Shown: in pieces, positions 38,934 through 47,880 of the stretch | How positions within the stretch are numbered: position 1 is the stretch's first letter | Layout of the letters: each line of letters opens with the position of its first letter | Source: a virus | Reading direction: 5' to 3' (one strand) | IMG/VR virus record: IMGVR_UViG_3300019487_000018 | Coordinates: 133,459-193,297 of that record | DNA: 59,839 nt | Position numbers and translations under genes: made by a program | The notes under the pieces: generated by a model | The model's input: only the letters and a program-made list of their open reading frames with translations | Told to the model about the DNA's origin: nothing | The model's database searches: none

Positions 38934-39046
38934 CTCGGATCTGGTTTGTTAAGACTTGCCGTGCCCCCAAAGCGCGCCATGTTGTTATCCGTACATCCAC
39001 TGACGAGCAAAGCCAGCGCAAAAACCAAGCCAAGTGTTGCTTTCAT
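38780..39046 (-). CDS. Putative lipoprotein
   Basis: Lipobox LVSG-C; AGGAG RBS. Confidence 0.7.
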   Translation of the reverse strand: MKATLGLVFALALLVSGCTDNNMARFGGTASLNKPDPSWQLINITWKEQSLWTLWYEPSSGKCYFKEDSPYGVAQGTVVVEQCMLFAR

Positions 39047-39269
39047 CGTTGATCTCCTAAGTATCGATTCAACTTAGTCGTTCTCTAGGGGAACGTCAAC
39101 GCATGTTTTCTTATACTCGTCAAATGCTGCGCGAATCACGGCGCCTTCATCAAGCGCCGTACGAATCGCGTTAACAACTTTTGAGTCTGAGGTGTTGATC
39201 CCGACCTCGCGCAAAGCGTCACAGAACTTCCAGTGTGCTCGGATTTTCTGCTCGGTGTTGTAAATCACT

Positions 39270-39794
39270 TCACACATTTTCATCAGGGAGATCCTTAAAC
39301 GCTGCTTCAAGATCCTCTTGACGTTTAGCGCGAAGGCCAGCCATCTCAGTGATCCGATTATACACGGTTCGATTTGGCTGATACACACCTTGTGCAGCAA
39401 ACTCACGAATTCGACGAGTTTCGTCAACAAGGCCAAGAATGTCTCCTGCAGCTAAAGCAACAGCTGGTGAACGTGAGTATCCAGCGTCGCAATGGACAAT
39501 CAGACAATCTTTGTCAGCATGTTGGCGGACGAAGTCAACAATTGTCTGTGCTTCCCATTCAGTAATTGGCTGAATTAACTCTCTCAGACCGTTGCCAGAC
39601 GCCCAACGCATCAGATCGTCATTATCCTCAACGTCCGCAAACTTGCGGTAAAGGATGTCTTCGAACTCTTCGCGAAACTTCAGCGGCTTAAAGTTCTTGT
39701 ACGAGGTGATCCGGATGAGTACAGTCCGCCCCAGCCCCTCCGATTTCGGACTGACTTCGCGAATTGCATTTCTGTTTGAGATCAGGAGTCTCAT
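39270..39794 (-). CDS. Protein-tyrosine/dual-specificity phosphatase-like protein
   Basis: VHCDAGYSRS (HCxxGxxRS) and PN motif. Confidence 0.8.
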   Translation of the reverse strand: MRLLISNRNAIREVSPKSEGLGRTVLIRITSYKNFKPLKFREEFEDILYRKFADVEDNDDLMRWASGNGLRELIQPITEWEAQTIVDFVRQHADKDCLIVHCDAGYSRSPAVALAAGDILGLVDETRRIREFAAQGVYQPNRTVYNRITEMAGLRAKRQEDLEAAFKDLPDENV

Positions 39795-40155
39795 CTCTTT
39801 TCCTCGGAACAAACAAGTGTTCTTGATCGTCCCATAATGGATTGGTGATTTCAAGGTCTTGGAAGAATGACAACTCTGCAAGACCACATACACTGTACCC
39901 TAACATTGTGCAAAAGGTCAAGTAGTCGTCTTGAGAGAACATCTCTTGGTAATACATGCGAGCGAGCATATTCAGTCCCATCGGTTCAGGACAATCATGA
40001 GAGGTGTAATCGTCCCAGTCACGATACCATCGGTCACACACAACACGAAGAACTCCGTTCTCGCGGAATCGTTGTACACCGTAGTCGTCGATTATTGTCT
40101 CGAACGTACGAGTGCCAACTTGAACACGAATGACATCACCGATGTAGTACTTCAT
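39688..40155 (-). CDS. Hypothetical protein
   Basis: GAGG RBS before MKYYIG. Confidence 0.55.
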   Translation of the reverse strand: MKYYIGDVIRVQVGTRTFETIIDDYGVQRFRENGVLRVVCDRWYRDWDDYTSHDCPEPMGLNMLARMYYQEMFSQDDYLTFCTMLGYSVCGLAELSFFQDLEITNPLWDDQEHLFVPRKRDETPDLKQKCNSRSQSEIGGAGADCTHPDHLVQEL

Positions 40156-40380
40156 CCTCGTTTCTCCGCTCCTGGAAAGTCGCCAACAATCGAGCGACAA
40201 TCAAGACAAAAGTGAAACTTGACGTAATCACCACCACCAATTCCAAGATCATGGGGAACGTATTCCTCTATGTACTCAACATCGATCTTGAAATGATATT
40301 CGTCAAGGACAGGCTTGACGATATGGCACCTGTCGTCACATTTAGCGGAAATATAAGCGACGTTTTCGCTTTCACACACA

Positions 40381-40632
40381 TCACAACAGGTGATTTCGCA
40401 CCTTCTTCTTTCCAGGGCCACGCTTTGGCGTGTAGCCACTCTTACGAGGGCCAAGCCAATGATCCGGACCACGAGTGACGACCCAGTCAAGAACTTCTTT
40501 CCCATCCTTGTCCTTCTTGTTGAGAGAGCGACGCTTGATTTTTGCGTCAGGCTTCTTCGTGAAGAACACAGGCTTACCATCTTCGAGGTACAATCGGCCG
40601 TTAACGTCGGCTAACGCGAACAAGTTACTCAC
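40381..40632 (-). CDS. Small basic hypothetical protein
   Basis: GGAGG RBS; GTG start. Confidence 0.55.
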   Translation of the reverse strand: MSNLFALADVNGRLYLEDGKPVFFTKKPDAKIKRRSLNKKDKDGKEVLDWVVTRGPDHWLGPRKSGYTPKRGPGKKKVRNHLL

Positions 40633-40743
40633 AGGCAGTGCCTCCTAACTTGGTTTGAATTCAACAGTTTTCTACCGTACGCAATAACAAAGGGGTATGA
40701 CAACAATTCAAGGTAAATACGTGGAACCTCTGAGGAAACAACT

Positions 40744-40977
40744 ATGTTGCTACAAGAAATTGTCGATGTCCGTTCACGATCGATCCAGTCATATGCCGAA
40801 CTTCGAAGCAAACTATTTGACGTGCTTGGGCCACAGGCGATTCGTGGACTTGATCGAGATGCTGCAACGGCTCGAGCACACGAACTTCTTCGCAACGCAA
40901 CATTCCTTGATGACAGACTGAAAGCAAAACTAACCGCGGACGTTATCGAACAACTATATACTCATGAAACTCAATGA
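40744..40977 (+). CDS. Hypothetical late protein
   Basis: TAAATA at 40714-40719; GAGG RBS. Confidence 0.6.
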   Translation: MLLQEIVDVRSRSIQSYAELRSKLFDVLGPQAIRGLDRDAATARAHELLRNATFLDDRLKAKLTADVIEQLYTHETQ

Positions 40978-41344
40978 AATTACTGGCATTATTCGTCGTT
41001 CGTACATTCATCTGTACAACCATTATGTTGATGCTGCGTTGACGATCCATGATCAGATGGTGCACGAATACAATAAGCACGAATCATCTGATCCGGAACA
41101 AGCCAACAGAGACTGGCACCGCGAATGGGAACGGATTGCAGCAAAGATACCAAAAGTTGAATATTATGATATGGCTGAATTTCTTGAATATCAAGACGAG
41201 ATACCTGACGTGCTTTCGTACACGCTGTATTACTGGAAACACTCACCACACGCCGACGAATTTTTATCAGCATTCCACAACGCACACACTGTTGGCTACC
41301 AATTTTGGATCAGACGATCTGGAATGCCTTTGACGTCGCTTTGA
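40964..41344 (+). CDS. Hypothetical late protein with C-terminus formed by a captured rIIA fragment
   Basis: MKLNEI start; the last ~9 codons lie in the 83-bp repeat. Confidence 0.6.
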   Translation: MKLNEITGIIRRSYIHLYNHYVDAALTIHDQMVHEYNKHESSDPEQANRDWHREWERIAAKIPKVEYYDMAEFLEYQDEIPDVLSYTLYYWKHSPHADEFLSAFHNAHTVGYQFWIRRSGMPLTSL

Positions 41345-41398
41345 TCGTGAACGATTTCTTAACGACGTCGCCGCTGGTTTCGACAGCGGGTCGATCGA
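41316..41398. repeat. 83-bp copy of the rIIA 5' coding region (55294-55376)
   Basis: Direct repeat with 2 mismatches. Confidence 0.9.
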
Positions 41399-41492
41399 TG
41401 AAACTAGTTGAGATTATAGACAATGATCATAACGGTTACTGCAATTACGCCAGCAATGTTGGCAAGTTCACACCAATTTACGCCACACATTT

Positions 41493-41921
41493 TTAACTCC
41501 CACAATGATAACCACACTTTGTTTCCGGTTTTTTAACCCGTAGGCGGGCAAAATTTCCATTCGTCCGAAACTGGACGTTCGACCCTTTTTCACGCAAGAA
41601 GTAGTTCTGGATAATGATAGCCTCTCCCTCCAGCTTGTCTCTTTCTTCAATAGTTGCAACACCTTGGCACAGAGTTTGGCGCCAGTGAACCAGCTCATGA
41701 ACAACAATCGATCTACCAACAATGTCTGATTGATCTATATCTTTGCCAATAACAACATCACCACCGTAACACACCGCATAAACTTTCCTGTGGTGTTCAT
41801 TGGCAATTGTTTGCAAAATCACTTGATCGACAACAACGACGTGAGGCATCGTGTCTCGCTGTGGGAGATCAGTGTTTTCAACCAACCAATTTAGCAGCGA
41901 GGCAATCATAATGTCCATCAC
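41493..41921 (-). CDS. HExxH metallopeptidase-like protein
   Basis: RSIVVHELVHWRQ...E.EA..IQN; paralog of 46419-46871. Confidence 0.65.
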   Translation of the reverse strand: MMDIMIASLLNWLVENTDLPQRDTMPHVVVVDQVILQTIANEHHRKVYAVCYGGDVVIGKDIDQSDIVGRSIVVHELVHWRQTLCQGVATIEERDKLEGEAIIIQNYFLREKGSNVQFRTNGNFARLRVKKPETKCGYHCGS

Positions 41922-42429
41922 AATCCCCTTGTAAGTTGGTCAAACTGAAATTTCATTGTACAGTACTATTAGGGTCAAAACTACTTGTTCGAACGTGCAA
42001 AGGCAGAACCTTTCTGATAGTGAAAGTTTACTCGACCGCCATTTGCTTTGATCGCTGCAACTTCCTTTTGCGTCAAGCAGATGTGATATCGCCCTGTGTC
42101 GATGTTCCGCTCGTTGCGCACCTGTGCTTCACTGTGACAGAACTTTGCTGTGTTGAAGTCAGCCTGTTGCAAGAAGCTAACGTGCGTGATTCCGATTGTG
42201 ATCATGAAAAGTGTAATCATGCGCCTTCCAACATCACACGAAAGAAGCAATCATCGATCTCTTGATTTTGTTCCTTGTATCCTGTAAACATACAAAAAAC
42301 CTTGTGATCTACTAAAAATCTTACGATAACTAATCTTTGTACAAAAATCACTAGATGATTTGGTACCCTAATTCCGGAACGTCTTTTTCGGAAAAATTTG
42401 GTTGGACGTATAGTCGATGTTTCAGTGCG

Positions 42430-42933
42430 TCAATTTGTCGTGCTTGTCTCATTGTGTTTCACAAAAGTATGGAAGATTCGTTCGATTATCTGAGAAAACT
42501 CCTTGGTTGTCAATCCCGATTTCATCGTGTTAATTTGAGCACAACACAGAACAACATTTTCTGGAACATAACCGAGTGTGTTATCTTTGCGATCAACACA
42601 AATGCTCATTCCTCCATTCCGCTGCCGGGTCATTGACTCTCCGCTATAGAAACACCGACCATTTTGCATCTCGAACAATTGCTCTAGATGTTGCTTATCA
42701 ATAGTGCATGGGAGATTGGCCGCCATTGCGCGTTCTCTTGCTTGTAGATACCTATACTGGAAGATATTTTCATCTTGCCAGCGACTTGAACGATTGCGAT
42801 ATTCTGTTTTGGCTTCTTCCGATAGACCGTCGTATCGACGTTTTACTTTATCGATCGTACATTGTTTGCATCGAGATTTGTTGCTTTTGTAAAATTGCTG
42901 TCGATCAACACATTCACATTGTACACATTTCAT
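42430..42933 (-). CDS. HNH-type homing endonuclease
   Basis: QNGRCFYSG...VDRKDNTLGYVPENVVLCC..IN; TAAATA at 42956-42961. Confidence 0.85.
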   Translation of the reverse strand: MKCVQCECVDRQQFYKSNKSRCKQCTIDKVKRRYDGLSEEAKTEYRNRSSRWQDENIFQYRYLQARERAMAANLPCTIDKQHLEQLFEMQNGRCFYSGESMTRQRNGGMSICVDRKDNTLGYVPENVVLCCAQINTMKSGLTTKEFSQIIERIFHTFVKHNETSTTN

Positions 42934-43249
42934 AATAATTACTCCCCAAAAAACTTATTTAGATTTTTTTGTGGAATTGCTTTTGGGTGAATTTTCGGCT
43001 TAAAAAATTTCAACGGCGGTTTTGACAAACACCAAACCTATATTACACCGGCGCCGAGCATCGCCACCTCAAAGATTTCCTTTCGCCTACGCCTTAGAGG
43101 ACTTCGTTTGTTGTCAAACGTTTAGGGGAGCCCGATGCTTAGACCTTGCGGCCAGCGGCCAGCGGTCTTGATGTCAATACCAGTGATCATCCTTCGTACA
43201 CTGCTCCCTGTGCCGGTGGCGTTGCCTTTCAGCTGAACGATCCGTGTCA

Positions 43250-43438
43250 TTACTCGGCCGGCTGCTGGTGGGTGCGCTCCAGGCAGCTGCCGAACTTCGA
43301 GTTCGCCATGCTGGAGGCGAACAGGCCGACGGCCTTCGCCTCACACTTCGATGTGCCATCATCCGCCTTCAGCGTGATCTGGGACATGGCACAGCCAGCC
43401 AGAAGGATGGTGATGGCAATGATCATTGCTGCTTTCAT
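43250..43438 (-). CDS. Small lipoprotein
   Basis: Lipobox LLAG-C; lies behind the promoter at 43466-43494. Confidence 0.65.
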   Translation of the reverse strand: MKAAMIIAITILLAGCAMSQITLKADDGTSKCEAKAVGLFASSMANSKFGSCLERTHQQPAE

Positions 43439-43461
43439 TTGTTTATTCCTTGTTCCAGTTG

Positions 43462-43533
43462 GGGTATTGTACGCCGATCGGACTTAGTTGGCAACTACAT
43501 CTCGCCAGCCGTCCGTTTCTCGCAGGCTAGTCG
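43462..43533. repeat. 72-bp perfect direct repeat (second copy 44689-44760) containing a gene end plus promoter
   Basis: GGGTATTGTACGCC...AGGCTAGTCG is identical at both sites. Confidence 0.92.
43466..43494 (-). promoter_or_regulatory. Sigma70-like early promoter TTGCCA-N17-TACAAT
   Basis: Direct read; one of about 15 similar minus-strand promoters between 43.4 and 58.9 kb. Confidence 0.75.
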
Positions 43534-43905
43534 TTCTTTCTGGAACGCTGTCGCTGGGTCGCTGTATTCGTCGTACACTCGCAGGACGAAGTCCCACAGC
43601 CCTTCTTCGCCGATCTTGTTGAACCATGCTTGCACGACTGGGCCCAGGATGTCGCTCTCGACGAACTCAGCTTCCGTTGTCGACATCCACAGCAGGTCAA
43701 ACGCGACTAGCGTGATGTCACGAGAATGCCCCTTGCTTTTCCACTGCACGACGTGGTTTGCGGTCAGCCCGGTCACGCCACACTCGTTCACCAGGCCGGT
43801 GGGGATCTCCCCGTCCGCATGCGCTCGAGGCATCAAGATCAAGCACAGCGCCCCAACCAAGACAAACGCAAGCACGAGCACGATTGTGTTGACGATCCGT
43901 TCCAT
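43495..43905 (-). CDS. Membrane-anchored/secreted hypothetical protein
   Basis: N-terminal hydrophobic segment ending AHA. Confidence 0.6.
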   Translation of the reverse strand: MERIVNTIVLVLAFVLVGALCLILMPRAHADGEIPTGLVNECGVTGLTANHVVQWKSKGHSRDITLVAFDLLWMSTTEAEFVESDILGPVVQAWFNKIGEEGLWDFVLRVYDEYSDPATAFQKERLACEKRTAGEM

Positions 43906-43906
43906 A

Positions 43907-44377
43907 CTACTTCGCCTTGCGCGCATTGTACACGTACGTGCGGGCGCCGGCTTCCGTCATGCCGAGTTCTTTCTGGAACAGAGTGGTCAAGTCCTTGTTG
44001 CTCATCGTCGGGTTGGCCCGTACGAGTTCCTTCGCGCGCTCGGTCTTGCTCTTGGGCTTGTCTTCGACAGGGTGCGCATCGGCCTCAGCTTCCGCTTTCG
44101 GAGTGAACACCTCGCACAGCCACTTGCTGGTGAGCAGCGAGTCGAGCTGCTGTTGGTCGGTATTCGTCACGTTCATGGGAGCTCCTTCGAAGGTCGATAA
44201 CTTGGTACCACGGGCGCCGATCGCTTTGTCCTTCATCCAGTGCAACTCTTCGGCGTGCGCGAACAGGATCGGCTCGTGTTCGAACTCCTCGAAGATCATT
44301 CCGTCACGATGGCTCCACTTACGCTCCGGCGCCACCCGATTCAGGTACTCGACTGCGTCTTGCGCGGTTGGTTTCAT
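43907..44377 (-). CDS. Hypothetical protein with C-terminal ELxM..GAxTY.YN domain; possible internal start at 44176
   Basis: Shares its C-terminal domain with 47881-48534 and 55850-56440; GAAGGAG RBS before ATG 44176. Confidence 0.6.
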   Translation of the reverse strand: MKPTAQDAVEYLNRVAPERKWSHRDGMIFEEFEHEPILFAHAEELHWMKDKAIGARGTKLSTFEGAPMNVTNTDQQQLDSLLTSKWLCEVFTPKAEAEADAHPVEDKPKSKTERAKELVRANPTMSNKDLTTLFQKELGMTEAGARTYVYNARKAK

Positions 44378-45101
44378 TGTTGTCCCAACAGATAGAGCAT
44401 TATACCCTATTGGATTTGCCAACACGCGACCGACGCCTGCCGAGTGCGTGCGGGATAGTTTTCATCAATGCACCATGAAAGGTTTGTACGTCGCAACGAG
44501 CCGCATCAGATGTATTCCGATGATCCACATGCACAGTAGCTGCCATCCTGCGACTTGATTGAACCGCTGCTTGACGATCGTGTTGATGAGGCAGCCGTTA
44601 ACCAGGAGCAAATTGAACGACCAGATCATCACTGCGAACATGTCCGATCTGAAGAAATCCACTTCAAGCTCCTGTTGTCACACTGATAGGGTATTGTACG
44701 CCGATCGGACTTAGTTGGCAACTACATCTCGCCAGCCGTCCGTTTCTCGCAGGCTAGTCGCTCCTTCTGGATGATCTTCATCTTACTCCCCTGCGACGAA
44801 CTTCACGATTTCGACTTCATCGCCGTCGTTGTTGCAGATCACAGCATGCAGCTCATCTTCATTCGTGACGAAGTAGCTGAGATACTGCTCATCTTCGTCC
44901 GTGAGCACAGTCGAGTCGTCGACCATCTGCATCTGAAAGTCGCGCACGTTCTCGTGGAACCGATCGCCGACACCGAAGTCAGGCGTCTCTTCCGCCAACG
45001 GCATGGCATCGTACCAACGCGTGACAAGTATGAGCTGCTTGTAGCTGTCTTTCGGAATCTGCACTTCACGCATCACGTCTCTCCCAACTGATGATGAGCC
45101 C

Positions 45102-45131
45102 ATTATACACTGATGGGCTCAAATTTGGCAA
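45102..45131 (-). promoter_or_regulatory. Early promoter TTGCCA-N18-TATAAT
   Basis: Direct read; the -35 box abuts the upstream TAG stop. Confidence 0.7.
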
Positions 45132-45407
45132 CTACATGCTCCAATATGATTCGCAGCTGGGATCGCAGTAGTGCGGCGTGTTGACAGGTATGACGACGTC
45201 TTTGCCGCTGATCAGGTTCTTCACGGTTTTCGTCTTCTCGATGTGCTGCGCGAAGTGCTTCGCCTCGGCAACATCGTACTGAGCGAGATCGAGAAGGTGC
45301 TTGCCACATTCGCGTGTCATCCCGGCTTTGGCCGCCCGCTCCGTGGCGTAGCCATCTCGTTTGCCGAGAAGCAAAGTACTGTCCTTGTGGAAGATGACGT
45401 ATCTCAT
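45132..45407 (-). CDS. Hypothetical protein
   Basis: ORF ending NTPHYCDPSCESYWSM; RBS upstream. Confidence 0.65.
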   Translation of the reverse strand: MRYVIFHKDSTLLLGKRDGYATERAAKAGMTRECGKHLLDLAQYDVAEAKHFAQHIEKTKTVKNLISGKDVVIPVNTPHYCDPSCESYWSM

Positions 45408-45453
45408 CCTTGCACCTCGCTGAATTCACTGTTCTCCTGCCGAAGCTTCACCT

Positions 45454-45861
45454 TCACGCTTGTACTCCTTTCGTAGCTTTCGCGACGGCGATCTCGTTCA
45501 GTTGATCGGCGTACTTACAAATGCGAGGATACAGGATTTGGTCGGTTCCTTCCACATCTCCGGTCGGATTCACACGAGTCTTCTTCGCACGAATTCGCAT
45601 CCACTTCTCGATCTGCCAGTCGAGCAGAGTCTTGTGCTTGAGGAAGTACTTCGCGGTCAAGCTACCGCTCTTCGCATCAGCGCCGCTGAATCCCGCACCG
45701 TTGTGGAGGTGGGTGTTGTTCGTGCTTTGCTCGCTCTCGGTTTGACGCTCGAATAGCGCAACCAATGCGCGCCCGAGAATCTGGATCTGCTTCTCTTTCG
45801 GAGCGGCGACCAGCATCAGGTGCAGGCTCTCTTTGGTCACGATCGGTTGTTGGGCGCTCAT
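45454..45861 (-). CDS. Hypothetical early protein
   Basis: Behind TTGACA-N16-TACAAT at 45890-45917; RQT..EQ...NG.GF...DA motif. Confidence 0.7.
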   Translation of the reverse strand: MSAQQPIVTKESLHLMLVAAPKEKQIQILGRALVALFERQTESEQSTNNTHLHNGAGFSGADAKSGSLTAKYFLKHKTLLDWQIEKWMRIRAKKTRVNPTGDVEGTDQILYPRICKYADQLNEIAVAKATKGVQA

Positions 45862-46418
45862 CTTCTATCCTGGATCAACTGATGAGGACATTGTACACAA
45901 GTTTGGCAAATTGTCAACCGTCATCTTTAGTCCACTCTGGCTGCAGCAATTTCAGTGAATCTATGATGTCCGTCTCACTGAGGGTTGATGACAAGCCAAA
46001 CTTGGCTAACGTTGAGACTTTCGTCGGATCGAAATATGCTTCGACCTCATCAATTATCCACTTCGCTTGAAGAAGCGAAGGATGTGGATATGCAACTCGT
46101 AACGCTCTCATTGCATCAATTTTGCTGTTTTTTCGCCAAAGTGCATCCGCGACGAGCGCATGCCAAGGCTCGTAATTGGCGTGCGAGAATCCACACCCTC
46201 GATGTTTTACTGCGGCGTAATGCTCAGGCTGCGTAGTCGAATTGGGAATCTTTGCATACTCAGCCCTCCCACTCCCCGATCTGCGCCTCTACATGCAGAG
46301 CATAATGGACTAACGCTCGGCGTTGCTGTGCGTTCATGTTGACATGATAGCCAAACCTCACGATCACATCAACGTTGATCTTTGCGATCTGGCTATTTGA
46401 CAATCCGTGTGGTCGTGT

Positions 46419-46871
46419 CTATTCAGCACGTTCAGAGAAAGAGTCATCCTTTCGCTGCACTGGTCGAAACGGTAGCACATCTTCTGTTCGCAGTGCTGGT
46501 TTGAACAGATCCATATAGAACGGATTTGGCACACGCGACTTCGATCCGATCGACTCCAAGTACTTGTTTTGGATCTCGTAGGCGATTGCTTCTCGCTTCG
46601 CGAGCACGTTCGCTTTGGCTCGAGGGCACTTGTCCTGTGTGTAATGTACGAGCTCGTGAACAAGCGTTGAACGACCGAGCTCGGTCTTGAGATCAACCAT
46701 TGGTCCGAGCATTACGTGTCCGTGGAGACAGATCGCGACAGCAGGTTGCTTGTACAGCCTCTCAATCCGTTGAGATGATTCGTAGGTGACGACTACGTCC
46801 TCATCGGACACGTGGATCCCAACACTCGCGATGAACGCGAATAGTGCGTGGATCAGAGCTTGGTCGACCAT
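46419..46871 (-). CDS. HExxH metallopeptidase-like protein
   Basis: RSTLVHELVHYTQ...REAIAYEIQN. Confidence 0.65.
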   Translation of the reverse strand: MVDQALIHALFAFIASVGIHVSDEDVVVTYESSQRIERLYKQPAVAICLHGHVMLGPMVDLKTELGRSTLVHELVHYTQDKCPRAKANVLAKREAIAYEIQNKYLESIGSKSRVPNPFYMDLFKPALRTEDVLPFRPVQRKDDSFSERAE

Positions 46872-46945
46872 GGCGTGTTTACTAGTAATCTAGAACGAAC
46901 TTGGCCATGATAGTTCCTCACCTGGCATGAATCGCGCTAGCATTG

Positions 46946-47275
46946 TCATTCTCCTTTGTACCAATTCGACAGTTCAGACATTGCTGCACCAGACGACCAA
47001 TTTGCAGCACGTACCACGTCATGGGCCCGCCGGCGGTCATTTGCAGACAGTGCCTGGTGAAAGAGGTGTTGCGTGCGTTCGTAGTACACGATGCTCTTGA
47101 TCTCCTCTTCCATCGCCTCAGGGTCGTCGACTTCGATCCTTGTCAGGAGCTCAGAAATGAAAGCATTTACGACGTCATCGAACCGACCGCGTACGAGGAA
47201 GGTTCGAAGGGTGACCGAGTCACGTTCTTCTTGGGTGATTGGGGCGAAAATGATCTGTTCGAGGCCTGTAGTCAT
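46946..47275 (-). CDS. Hypothetical protein
   Basis: GGAG RBS before MTTGLEQ. Confidence 0.5.
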   Translation of the reverse strand: MTTGLEQIIFAPITQEERDSVTLRTFLVRGRFDDVVNAFISELLTRIEVDDPEAMEEEIKSIVYYERTQHLFHQALSANDRRRAHDVVRAANWSSGAAMSELSNWYKGE

Positions 47276-47288
47276 AACGACTCCGTTA

Positions 47289-47807
47289 TCAGACGATTGG
47301 ACGTTCGTAGACGAGCTGTTGACCGATGACCATCGAAATGATGTTCTCGATCTTGAATGTCCGAACTTTGATCTCTTTGTCAACAGATTGTTTCGGAGAT
47401 CCACGATAAACTGGCATCCAAGGAGCGATGTCTTGCAGGGAGATTTCACGTTGTCCATGCAAGTAGACGGGCTTCGCTTCCTTCGAAAGTTCGATTGTTT
47501 TGATGTAGTTACGACTTTCGTGTTCGACGACGATGTTGTCGTGACACTCACCCCACCGAAGATTTTCCGCTTGGAAATCATCGGTTTTGCCTTCGATTCG
47601 ACGTTGCTGATTCACACGACGTTCATAGTCGGCGTTGATCAACACACGAATCGCTTGAACTTTCAGGACATTTCCGAAGTACGGATTGCCAGTTTTCCGC
47701 ATCGGAACTTCGGTCACTGTCGTCAGTTGGACTTCACCTGCACCACGAAACGACCTGAGAAAGCTGATGAAGTCAGCTTCGGTCGTGTACAGAGGTTTCG
47801 TGTTCAT
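47289..47807 (-). CDS. Hypothetical early protein
   Basis: 172-aa ORF behind a promoter-like element at ~47845-47875. Confidence 0.7.
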   Translation of the reverse strand: MNTKPLYTTEADFISFLRSFRGAGEVQLTTVTEVPMRKTGNPYFGNVLKVQAIRVLINADYERRVNQQRRIEGKTDDFQAENLRWGECHDNIVVEHESRNYIKTIELSKEAKPVYLHGQREISLQDIAPWMPVYRGSPKQSVDKEIKVRTFKIENIISMVIGQQLVYERPIV

Positions 47808-47880
47808 CGCCTTGACTCAACTCTGTTTGTTTGACGGTAGAGTCATTGTCCCTCATTTTGCCAAACTGCTCAACAGATAC

